From contig NC_043016.1 of assembly GCF_006345805.1 (NCBI RefSeq), forward strand, positions 24,056,001 to 24,120,000: a stretch of DNA of 64,000 bases, read 5' to 3'. Shown here piece after piece: positions 1 through 11,247 of the stretch. The DNA comes from Octopus sinensis (taxonomy: Eukaryota). The position numbers and the translations under genes were made by a program. The first letter of the stretch is position 1, and every line of letters begins with the position of its first letter. Under the pieces are notes generated by a model. It searched no databases. It was given only the letters and a program-made list of their open reading frames with translations, and was not told the origin of the DNA.

Positions 1-2284
1 TCTTTATATCAATATTGGTTCAAAGGCATTCCTTGATTCTATATGACAGTTTTTAACAGACTTATTACATTTTCGAACATTCACAAAATCGGAAGCTGTC
101 CTGTTTTTTTTTTAAAAAAAAAAGCTTCAACATATTTGCATGTCATGCAATTTTTATTTGACTTTTTATGAATTAATTCCTCCATCCAACCATCCTTTCT
201 ATAAAAAAAAATATAAAATAAAATGAAAAACAAAAACAACCCATCCCACCTTTTTTTTTGCAGCAAAACAAAAAGATAAATATATTTAGCTGAGTCTATG
301 TCATGGGTATTTGCAGCGGTTAGCTATCATTTAATTGTGATTAGGTGATGTCTTGTTGGTTGTTTTTTTTTTCTTTTTTTCTTTTTTTTTTATTCGCTTG
401 ATGCTGATTAAGGTTGTTGGTCCCCAGTTGCTGTTGTTGAATCCTGAATATATCATAATTTTAGTCATCCATGATATGTAAACAGCATCTTACCATATGT
501 TACACTCTCAGTATTTAAATTGTTCTCTAAGAAAACTTATTACATTTCATGCTCAACTACATATACCCATCCTGTGACTATTTGCAAATTTTACTTAGTA
601 TGTTCAATAATGATGAAATGCCTTTCTAGCACTGAGTTTGGCATTCATGGTAGTAAGTTTAAGTAATTAGTAAGATATGTAATAAAGAAAATTCACCAGT
701 GATCAGTTATTATTTATACTTAAGAAGTAGTTTGGTTTTTCTTTTTTTTCTTTGCTTTTTCAATATATGTTATATATTAAAGACATTTTATTTAGCAATA
801 TAAATGGACTTGGTTTATATATATTTTAAATGTTTCATTTCATTGTTTGATAGATTCAAAAGTTTATTAGACACTTTAATTTTGCTTTGTAAATTCAAGA
901 GATAAAAATTTCTTAATTACAACTAATAACTGGTCCTTTTCAGTTAATAAGTTTATAGTTTCACTGATATATAAAAAAAAAGCAAAAACCATTTAGCATT
1001 TTTTTTTTTTTTTTAGATTTTTTTGGATCCAAAGAGAGAAAATAAACAAACAAAAAAGGACTGCCCCCTCCCTCCCTCCCTCATAGTTGCAAATGTTATT
1101 TTAAGATACTTTGCAACACTCAATTATCTTGAAGAAAAAAAAATATTGAAAAGTTGCAAAGATATGTATTGCCTATTTACATTTGTTACTGCAAATGTCT
1201 TTCATTATCAGTTTTGTACTTTATTGTTAGCAAAATGGACTCTGACATGTTCTCTTTCTAGCCATAGTATGCTGAAAGAAGGCTTTCATGATGACAACAC
1301 CTGGAAATTGAAACTGGCATATTAAGATTAAGACACAATTGATGAGAATATGGTATTTAAAAAATAATAACAAACAACTTAAAACCCAGGAAAGATAGGT
1401 GAAAGTGGACTTTTTTTTCTTTTTAGGGTGGGTGGTAGGGTAGGCAAATATTTTGTAGGTTTCTTAATTTTATAGTAAATTATTGCTATTGTGGTTCCAA
1501 ATAATTTATTGATTTTGTGTAATTTCTAATTTTATTCAGATCTAATTTAATAGTTTTGTTTTTATTGATTTTTGTTAATTCTTTGGTTTATATATAAAAA
1601 TATTTGCCATTTTTTTCAAATTCACCTTTCTACCTTTCTTTCCTTTTTCACCTCCCTAAATTAAAATGAAATAATAATAATAATAAAAAAAAATCTTTCA
1701 TGTTAAAATTAACTTATATATAATATCCTGTAGTTTTAAATTATAGATTAAAAGTTATTACACTATTGAAAACACACCCAGGTCATTTGCTGCTTTCTAT
1801 TTCTCATATATATTCCCTGGGAGCTTTTGCAGCAATCAAAACCTTTGCAGAAAAATCTTTTCAGAGTAACTGCACATCTTGGATTATTATTTGTAGATGT
1901 TTGCCACATTTTGTTTGATTTGAAAAATTTTTTCTTAGAAGTTGTTGATGGAAAAAAGAAAAAATTGCTAAATTTTGCAGTTAAATTTTTTTTTAAATGA
2001 ACTGTACTGTGGGCCCGGTCCATTTAGCTTTTTATTGATGTTTTCTTTGTTTTTAATGCTTTGTTGTTGTTTTTTTTCAGTGATTAAGAAGCCTGTGCTA
2101 GATTTTTACCTTATTTTTGTGGCAAATATTTGCAATTAACTTTTTTCTTAAGGAAGGTAAATAATTGATAAGTTAGTTAATTGTTTTTAACATAATAGAA
2201 TTTGAAAGTTTGTTCTCCCTCTTAAAATATTACGTGTGCACCCATACATGCACATATGATGTGCGTGCATACTCACCTTCTAAG

Positions 2285-2545
2285 AAAAATAGTAAATCAC
2301 TCTATCGGGCAAATTTTAATTTACCATGTGGTTTGTCCCCGATGACCAGGCAAATAGTCACTCCCCATCAAGAATTCACAAGAAGCAGATTATTGGAGTC
2401 TATATGCTTGTTACCTGAGCAACTAATCCACTTGTTCCTTGAAGTTGGGTAATCAGTGGAATTGTGAATAGATTCTCTGAGAATGCAATGATAAGTCCGC
2501 CCCCTTGCCTGTCAAACTACAGCAGTCTTTCATAGCTGCCTGAAT
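2285..2545 (-). mobile_element. Possible highly decayed LINE APE-endonuclease fragment
   Basis: The minus-strand reading ...FDRQGGGLIIAFSENL... resembles the DR-x-GGG motif of LINE endonucleases. It is interrupted by stops and rests on a single motif. Confidence 0.25.
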
Positions 2546-5233
2546 ATAAATGCCAAAAGCTGTAATAATCTCCTACTTGTTGATTCTTACAAAGCTTTGT
2601 TTTTTATATTCAGATATCACCTTGTAATGTATCATATTTGGTTATCACGTCCATGAAACTTGAAAAAAAAAAATAAATAAAATAAAAGCACATCATAGTT
2701 TTGGTAATGATATTAAACGCAACAACTTTTCTGCAAGCAGGGATGTGAACAGGATCTATGTAGAGGATCTTGGACAAGTAATGGCTTTATATATAAAAAA
2801 TAAAAGTTATTCAGCAAAGCTTTTGGAAAGACAAAAAAACTTTTAAAAATAAAAAAAAAAAAATTATTGGACCCTACCTCTCCTTGTGATTTCTGAGAGA
2901 AGCTTAATTTTCTTTTTGGCAAAGCCCTTATCTCCTTGGTCTTGTGGATCAGTTGTGTGGGTAACATGAATTGTCACTTTTCATCTTGAAGCAGAATTCT
3001 GGAGTCTAAATCCATCTTGTAGTTGTAACTACTGGTCGCATGTTGGACTTACCCGGAGGGCTTTCAGTGAGGAGCCATTTGTATAGACCATCTTATTTAA
3101 AGTCATTAAAAATCTACAGCTGTTGACACCCAAGTTTTGAATTGAAATGACAATTTTTATCTTGCTTTTATGAGGTGACTTAACCATATTGTGACTGGCC
3201 TTATTGTATGATTTCAGGCTAAGTAATCTGTTTTTTGTAATCACTTTGAAGTAACTGCTATTATTACAACCACTTAATCCTTCTTGCCCTGTAGTCTGCT
3301 TTCATAATAATATGAAGATGATTGTGATAGTGTTTTGAATAAGTTCTTCAATAAGGTCATTTTCCTTTATGGTTAAGTTACTTTTTCTTTTTCTACTAAA
3401 GTAAAAAAAAAAAACTGCATGAATTTATTTATCAGTAGATTAACAACCTCACTTGTCAATTGTGAATTTCTTTCTATTTCTGGTTGAAAGAGATATCCCA
3501 CATCTTGCTCTGCAAATAGAGGTTGCACAAATATCACAATGTGGTCTTGATGCCCGAATAAAAACTATAGTGTTGTGTGCTGAAATGAGGAAAGCAAAAA
3601 AAAAAAAAATACATGGTACCAGTTTTACCAGTATAAAGAGGTTGAGAATGCTGGAAGTATATATCATTCTTGATTATACATAATTATAGGTCCTTGATTT
3701 TATTTTGTGTTGGTGTTTGCAACCACACCGATGGCTTGAATTTATCTCTGAATCTCAAGGGCTTTCCCCTGTTAGCTTCATGTTGTAGTTTAAATTTGTT
3801 GGAATTACATTTAACTGCATTGTAATTGGAAGAAAAATCTGGCTATAGATTGTGTGATGTGTAACTGTATATAGTCTATTCATACATAATACACACAATT
3901 CAGTGATACTATCAAAGTACAAAATTTAAGCAATTTCATAATTGGAATTTAACTAATTAAAAAAGACTTTATTGGATATAGTTAGTTTCGAAGTGGGGGA
4001 GAGATAAATATAGAAGGAATTGATGGTTTATGAATTGAATTTATGTAAACCAAACTTTACTGTAGAACAAATTGTATAAAGTGAATGGTTAAATTTATAT
4101 AATTATATATATATATATATATCGCCCATAAAAATAGATTTAACTAGTTCAAAGTTCATACACTGAAAGCTATCCAACTCCTGGCTGCTGCCTGTTAAAA
4201 CAAGTAATTTCTGTTTTCTCAACTGTGCTAGACTTGCCAGTGCCTGATACAATGTTTCAGTGTTCAAAATAGTTTTATATGAATGCAGAGAGATAACATT
4301 TGTAATCAACTTGCTGACAAGGAAATACTGAAGCTTCACAAGCCTGTTAAATAACTGAGAAGTAACACATTTGTGAAATTTAGTTTTGAATGGTGAAGGA
4401 GGTGGTATTTCTGTCAGTAGCTTCTAATACAGTTTGATGAAAAAGACAAAAAAGAAAATGCAGTTTCGCTTATATGAAAGGTTTTCGTAACATTTTTCTT
4501 AGTAATTCAGAGGGCTCATTTCTAAAACTTAGACATTTTAATAAGAATTACAGATCGGGTTTTCTTTGTTTATAATTTATTTGCTGGCCCCATTAATCTA
4601 TTTAAATCAGTTCTATGCTTTTCCTTGTGGCTACACTTATTTTATCTAGCATGACTTGTTAGGGAGGTGTTCTACTTTATTGTCTAAGGTCTTTCGGTGA
4701 CAGATAATTTTGTAGATAAAATAGTAATTTTTTTTTTTTATCTATTGCAAAGTCATAGCCACTCAAGATACCTTACTGAATTATTAGATCTAATGGTAAA
4801 TATTTTGAGAGCACCAGACTGTGGTGTTACTGTAGTGTTTTTTGTTTTGTCCAATATTTTGAGTTGAAATCTTGTCAGGACTGGAACCTGTTAAATAAGT
4901 AATATAAACATGCAAAGAGGTTGGTTTAATCAATTACAACCTACCCCACCTCACCCCGTATGGCTATTGTAATTAATCATTTTGGATAATTTGCTGTGTT
5001 TTCAAGCAAATTGATCAAGTAATGAAAGGGTTACATTGCAAAGCTGCCAGAATACCAGTACCGATAATTACTCAGTATTTTGTTTGTAATTTGTTAATTT
5101 TGTGAGATGCTTATTTATACTCTTTGGTTTGACTACTTGGGTGGTTGTAGATTTCATCGATTGCCTGGTTTAATGCCATCACTTGGTACCTTGGCTGTCT
5201 TTTATCGAAGACCATTCTGTTGCAAGCATCTAG

Positions 5234-5393
5234 GTCAGATCTCTAGCTTGTGGATACCTTCCTCCTAAGGAAACTATGAAACAAGCACATGCACATACAT
5301 TGTGTTGTGAAAGAATTTATGCTTGGTTTGAGGATAGTAAATATATTAATAGAGAATTTAGTGAAAAATTGTTAGGAGTGGCTGCCTGTTCTG
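5234..5393 (+). CDS. Candidate coding exon or decayed coding fragment, unknown protein
   Basis: 59-codon open frame VRSLACGYLPPKETMKQAHAHTLCCERIYAWFEDSKYINREFSEKLLGVAACSG after an AG at 5232-5233, in a locally GC-richer patch. The donor (G|GTTATG) is weak and no homology was recognised. Confidence 0.2.
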
Positions 5394-5458
5394 GTTATGA
5401 ATACTTCCTTTGAATCATTCCATAGATGTCCTTATGAATTTATTGTTCTTAATTGTAG

Positions 5459-5541
5459 GATCTATTAATAATGCTACATTAAATTCAAAACTTGGAAAAG
5501 TTTACAGCGATGTGTCAGTTCTGATTGAGCAGACATACAAA
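5459..5541 (+). CDS. Candidate 83-nt internal exon, unknown protein
   Basis: Acceptor TTTATTGTTCTTAATTGTAG| and donor AAA|GTAAGG flank an open frame (G)SINNATLNSKLGKVYSDVSVLIEQTYK. No homology was recognised. Confidence 0.27.
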
Positions 5542-5849
5542 GTAAGGACCCTTGTAATACAACTAAGTTACTAGGTACAGATTAGCCTTTGTTCAGCAAT
5601 AAGATTTGATTGCTATTTCAAGCAGGTAGAATGACCACATAGGGATTCCCTAATGACTGAGGTACTAATTGGTTAGGAAGGTGAATTATATATCTATTTT
5701 TGTCAAGTTGCAAAGTTTTTAAAATATCCGAACAGCCATTCTTTCCTGGGTTTCATTTTAATTAAAAAAAAAAAAAAATCCTAGACACAAACCATATTGT
5801 AAGTATTGAGATTTTGTCAGTTCTGTGTATACATGGCTTTGTATAGAAA

Positions 5850-6000
5850 AGTGTGCTTCTCAGTCATGTGGCTTCAGTTTCAGTCCCATTACACAGTACC
5901 TTGATCAAGTGTCTTCTGGGATGATGTATGCTTTGTGCGGGGATTTGGCAGATCGAAACTGAACAGAAATTTTTCATGTACATACATGTATGTGTATGCA
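5850..6000 (+). mobile_element. Very decayed SINE-A 5' half
   Basis: CAGTCCCATTACACAGTACCTTGATCAAGTGTCTTC and GGATTTGGCAGATCGAAACTGAA match the SINE-A consensus seen at 63236-63650. Confidence 0.5.
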
Positions 6001-7489
6001 TTAGCATGAATGTTTATAAAATTATGCTGAGCTATGGGCAGTAGTGTTATTGTTCTAGTTGTGTTGTCATTGGAGAAGTTTGTTGACATTTCTTGTCAGC
6101 ATAATCATCTATCCTTGCTCTGGCATTCCTATGGAATAAAAACTCTTATCTGAAAAAATCCTGACAGCTGCAAAAAACCCTGCCTTGATATTTACATCCA
6201 CCTAAGCCATGCTAGCATGAAAACTAGACATAAAACAAAACCACTCTATAGACACATGTACACATTTTATCTCTGTATCTGATGGATTAAGGACTGGCAA
6301 GATTTGAAATCGGGTCATAAGGCTAGGGCAGAATACAACTTTTACTATTTCAGAACAAGAATGTTTAGTTAGGAGTGCTGGTGAAGCCCTAAGCTATAAA
6401 AAGCTTTTAGCAGGTTTGGAGTTGTTAAAAAATTTACACCTGAAGGTCTCAAAAATATAACAAATTTGCTCATGCCTAAATTCTCTGACTCTGATAATTA
6501 AGATTCTGAAAATTTCTGTAGTAGAGTTTCCCCTGTTATGATTTTGATGACATAAGACAGTTTTTTTCTAGAAAAATGTCTTAAGAAAGAAAAAAAAAAA
6601 CAACACTCCAGGTCCCATATGCAAAGCTGGGCCTATATTACATACTTAATTGCACTAAAAACTCTCTTATATGAAAAAATCCTTGAATATGTGCTGCTGA
6701 AATTGGGGCATGTCTAATATGCTTGTGCATCTTTTATGCCATCAAATATGGTGTAAGATGCTACTGTTCTTTACTCCCCAGATCAGAGTGGCAAACCTTG
6801 ACAGCAATTTCTGCTGTGTATAATTTATGTAGTTAGCTTATGCTCAAGGTATCTCTCACTGAAACTTTCCTGGAATGGGTTTATCAATGATCTAGTGAGA
6901 ACTTGTTCATACTGCAGTAACTTCTCAAACAGTAAGTGGGATCCATTGTACAGGGATGAAATCTGAAAGGGCAACATTCAAGGGAAATGTTTTGGTGGAG
7001 GATTGATGCAAGACCAGTGAGCAACGAGGAGCAGTGGCTGTTGTAGTTTGGCACAGAGAAGAGACAGTATGTGGAACGATATGACTTGCTCTAAAAGTTA
7101 TGCTGTGTTGAATTAAAGAAATTCTATAGACGCCCACTTAAAAAGTCAATCCAATATTGAGACTCCCTAGTAGTCTTCACTACATCCAGTACAGTGAACA
7201 AGCACCCCAAATTAAATACTTCAACTCAGGACCACAATTCATACACTCTTCAAGAAACAGGTCTTGGACAAGACACTTAGCTAATACTCTGCTCTAGATG
7301 AGCCACTATATCTCATACTAGATCCCTCATTCCTGTATCCATGACCACAGATACACTTCCGTAAAGTACTCAGAATTTTGTAGGTAGCATGTGCCCTGAT
7401 CCAGTACTCAGTACCTCAGATATACGTCCCCAATGGTATCCAGTATCATATGCCAAATGTAGCAACAAATTGATAGAGTTGTTAACACG

Positions 7490-7610
7490 TCTGACAGAAA
7501 GCTTTGCTATATTTTCTGACTTTCTTCACTCTTTAGTTCAAATTCCATTGAGGTCAACATTGCCCTTCATCCTTATGGGGTTCAATAAAAACGTACTAAT
7601 CTAATGAGTG
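7490..7610 (+). mobile_element. Decayed SINE-B fragment
   Basis: GTTCAAATTCCATTGAGGTCAACATTGCCCTTCATCCTTATGGGGTTCAATAAA matches the SINE-B core. Confidence 0.55.
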
Positions 7611-7651
7611 GATTGGGGAACTTTAAGAATGTCAGCCACAGTGATACCTTC

Positions 7652-7990
7652 TGAATTATGACCTTATTCATCTTGATCAACTTGTTCAGAATGTGGTGAA
7701 GACATGAGACTTACTATTATAGACTTGAACAAACATGTTCACTTTTGACAAGGTAAACACTTTCATGAGAGCTGAGGTATGTAGAAGTGTCAAAATAATT
7801 TTAGGGTAAGAAATGCTAAAGATAACGGCACTTAAATGTTTACTAGTAAAGTAGAATCTATGTTGCAAGCAAAAGGCAAGTTTAAATCTGTGAATGGAAA
7901 GAATGTGTTCTCTTATCAAATTGCTGAATTCATATACATTCAGAGGTTCAGTAAAAAGTCCTTTTCTAATTTTGGGAACAATTTTATCAA
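7652..7990 (+). repeat. Unclassified ~340-bp repeat, copy 1 (inverted relative to 10404-10767)
   Basis: Colinear with the reverse complement of 10404-10767 over its whole length, e.g. GTTGCAAGCAAAAGGCAA and TCTCTTATCAAATTGCTGAATTCAT. Confidence 0.8.
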
Positions 7991-8444
7991 TTATTTCTGG
8001 TTCTTTGCACTCAGAGTTGAAATCCTGCCATGGCCTATTTGGGTAACCGTGTCATAATATCACTAGGCACATTGGGTGCCTTTAGTGGAGTTCACTCTGT
8101 TGAAAGCACTTGGGCTAGCTTTTCTCCCTCTAGCATGTCTTATGGTCTTTCCTCAATTGATGTACGTATAAAAGATTGCCTTATGCAATATTAACAGGCA
8201 CCATGGTTAAGTACTCAGTTCCATAAGCATAGTACCCAATGAATTTGTCAATTAAATTACACACACACAGTATGACTAGTCATGTATATATGTACATACT
8301 GTAAGGTGGCATTATGAAGGGCATCCAGCTGTAGAAATTATGCTATGCAAAGTAAACATTATAGCTTAACTCTGGCTCCCCTGATCTTGTTGAACTACCC
8401 AAACCATACCAGCATATAAATGGTTGTTAAATGGTAATGACAAA

Positions 8445-8678
8445 AGGCAGCGAGCTGGCAGAAACGTTAGCGCGCCGGACGAAATGCTGAACGGTATTTC
8501 GTCTGCTGCTACGTTCTGAGTTCAAATTCCGCCGAGGTCGACTTTGCCTTTCATCCTTTCGGGGTCGATAAATTAAGTACCAGTTACGCACTGGGGTCGA
8601 TGTAATCGACTTAATACCTATGTCTGTCCTTGTTTGTCCCCTCTATGTTTAGCCCCTTGTGGGTAATAAAGAAATAGG
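8445..8678 (+). mobile_element. SINE-B, full length, young, with 11-bp TSD
   Basis: tRNA-like head with B box GAGTTCAAATTCC, core GTCGACTTTGCCTTTCATCCTTTCGGGGTCGATAAATTAAGTACC and tail ...GGGTAATAAAGAAAT. TSD GGTAATGACAA at 8433-8443 and 8677-8687. Confidence 0.92.
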
Positions 8679-8714
8679 TAATGACAATGATATGTATATA
8701 TATATATATACAAG

Positions 8715-9030
8715 TGTGGCTGTGGTAAGAAGCTCCCCAACCACATAGTTCCAGGTTCAGTCTCACTGTGTGGTACCTGGGGCAAGTGTCTTCTACTATG
8801 GCATTGAGTGGGTTTGGTAGACAGAAACTGGAAGAAGCATGTCACCTATATTTATGTGTGTGCTTTTGTGTCTGTGTTTATGTCCCCGTAACTTAGCAGT
8901 TAGGCAAAGCGACTGATAGAGTAAGTACTAAGTTTTAAAAAAAAAAAGTCCTGGGATTGATTTGTTTGATTAAAGTCCTTTCAGAGTAGTGCCCCAGCAT
9001 GGACACAGTCAAATGACAAACAAGTATAAG
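8715..9030 (+). mobile_element. SINE-A, decayed
   Basis: Head GTGGCTGTGGTAAGAAGC...CCAGGTTCAGTCTCACTGTGTGGTACCTGGGGCAAGTGTCTTC and tail CCCCAGCATGGACACAGTCAAATGAC. Confidence 0.8.
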
Positions 9031-9073
9031 ATATAAAATAAAATAAAAATATATATAATCCATCAAATCAAAA

Positions 9074-9243
9074 CTGAACCTCTTCCTGTCGAGAGTCCCA
9101 GATGAACCTACCTCATGGCAAGAGGTGCAAATGAGGGTATAGTAACATCAAACTCTATTCTTCACCAAGTGCCACACATTAGAGGAGGTTCTCAGTAATA
9201 ACATTGTAGCAAAACGGCAGTGCCACAGCTCTGAGCTGAAACT
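9074..9243 (+). mobile_element. CR1-clade LINE extreme 3' end
   Basis: LNLFLSRVPDEPT is homologous to the C-terminus LDKFLQTVPDKPP of the CR1 at 29.5-30.6 kb. It ends in the stem-loop CAGCTC-T-GAGCTG-AAAC followed by an A-run. Confidence 0.65.
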
Positions 9244-9554
9244 ACAAAAAAAAAAGAAGAAAATCTTTATATATGTATATTATATATTACATGCACTGAC
9301 ACATGAATGTATGCCCATACATATATATATTATTTTGATTATATATATAGTTGCACTTGACAAAAAACAGAACAAGGTACAAAAAGTTCCAATAGATCAG
9401 ATTTTAGTGTTTGTGTGACACAGGTGTTGCTCTTTAAAATGTCTGAACCCATTAAACTGACAAGCAAAATATATGACCAGACACTTCAAACTCTACAGGT
9501 TGCTTTCAAGTGTTAATGTCCTCCCATTTACATTTCCATACACATGCATATCAT

Positions 9555-9790
9555 ATCTTTTGCTTGTTTCAATCATTAGACTGCAGCCATACTGGGGCAC
9601 CACCTGGAGAATTTTTAGCCGAATGAATCAACTCCAGTATTTCTCTTTTTTTTTTTTTTTTGAAACCTGGTACTTATTCTATTGGTCTCTTTTGCCGAAC
9701 TACTAAGTTACAGGTATGTAAACACCAATACTGGTTGTCAACTGATGGTTGGGAATATACACTGATACAAAGACACACATACATGTGTAT
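9555..9790 (-). mobile_element. SINE-A 3' half, decayed
   Basis: CTTGTTTCAATCATTAGACTGCAGCCATACTGGGGCACCAC and GTACTTATTCTATTGGTCTCTTTTGCCGAAC match SINE-A in reverse. Confidence 0.7.
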
Positions 9791-10403
9791 ACCCATATAT
9801 ATATACATTTAGACCACTGAACTCAACATGTTTTTTTTTCATCCTCTCTCTTTTTATTTCCTCTTATTCCTTTCTGTCAAAGAACATAGGCTCAGTGACT
9901 CTAAAGTTCATCTCCCTTTGACAGGTTACATTTTACACTTTGTAGATTATTCAAAAATTACTCTCCTCACCAAACAAGCTTGGTGGGGTTGCTGATTTAG
10001 TAATGCAAGTTGTTCTCATTTACAAGATCATCAGTATCAGACCCTTTGACCATCAGAGATCTCAATGGCATTAGTTTAGCTTCACGCCTCACTCAAATGA
10101 TTCACTTTCAATTTTACTTTGAATGCTAGAAACAGCCTTGAAATCACCCTTAGTAAATGATAAAGATCAGGTCATCCCCTACTTTTTCTCCCTGCAAACA
10201 TCCATAAGATGGAACAAAGAAATTAGTGAAATAACTTTTTAAAATTTATAAGTAAGATTGAAAGATAAAATAAAGCTGAAACTATTTCAAGGAAATATTT
10301 TCAAGAGTCAACTAGATAACTGGTATGGAATTTAATATATATATATATAATGGTTTGTTAATAATAATGATAATGATTTCTTTGTTTATAATAATAATTA
10401 GCA

Positions 10404-10767
10404 GTGACAAATTGTCCCCAAACTTAGAAAATGATTTTTCATCAAACTTCTAATGCACATGAATTCAGCAATTTGATAAGAGAACACTTTGTTTTCATTC
10501 AGAGATTTAAATTTGCCTTTTGCTTGCAACTAGATGGATTCTATTTTACTAGTAAGCATTCAAGTGTCTTTGTCTTTAGCATTTCTTACTCTAAAATTAT
10601 TCTGGGGCTTCTGCATGCCTGAGCTCTTATGAAAGTTTTTATTTTATGGAAGAGTTGCCAAAAGTGAACATATTCATTCAAGTCTACAATTAGCGAGTCT
10701 CCAGTGAGCTTTGAATCTTCACCACAACCAGGGCAAAGTTGATCAAGATGAATAAGGCCATAATTCA
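10404..10767 (-). repeat. Unclassified ~360-bp repeat, copy 2
   Basis: Inverted counterpart of 7652-7990, with the same outer boundary TGAATTATG(A/G)CCTTATTCATCTTGATCAAC. Confidence 0.8.
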
Positions 10768-11065
10768 AATAAAAAATATCACTATGTTATTTTTTTTTGC
10801 TGTAATCGCTCTAATCCTCCTCTATTAACATTTGATTCACTTAACTGGAATCAATAATTATGGTTCTTTTCATAGAATTTTAATTTTCACTCTGCAAATA
10901 AATAAATTAAGTAATAAAAGTATTAAATAGCATAAAGAAAATTATTAAGTAATGTTAATAAATCATTGACAGTAGAATGCCTTAAGCATTCTGTGTTACA
11001 TTCCCATAAGTTCAGTTGATTCCATCAAATATTTTAATATTACATTCATAACTGATTTGAAATTT

Positions 11066-11247
11066 TGGCACAAGGCCAGCAGTTTCAGATTACATCAACC
11101 CCAGTGTCCAACTGGTACTAGTTCTATCAATCCGGAAGGATAAAAGGCAAAGTCAATCTCGGCAAAATTTGAATTCAGAATGTAAGAATGGATGAAATAC
11201 CACTAAGTTTGCCCGGCATGCTTATGATTCTGCCAGCTTTCCACCTT
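11066..11247 (-). mobile_element. SINE-B variant with alternative (B2) tail, decayed
   Basis: Core AAGGCAAAGTCAATCTCGGCAAAATTTGAATTCAGAA. The tail reads GCTGGCCTTGTGCCAAAA on the minus strand. Confidence 0.7.

Noticed and set aside
610-640. C/D-box snoRNA (ATGATGA ... CTGA)
   Set aside because: The boxes are only ~15 nt apart, with no properly spaced terminal D box or recognisable guide.
7020-7115. C-type-lectin-like WND motif (SMWNDMTCSK)
   Set aside because: A single short motif, bounded by stops, with no splice support.
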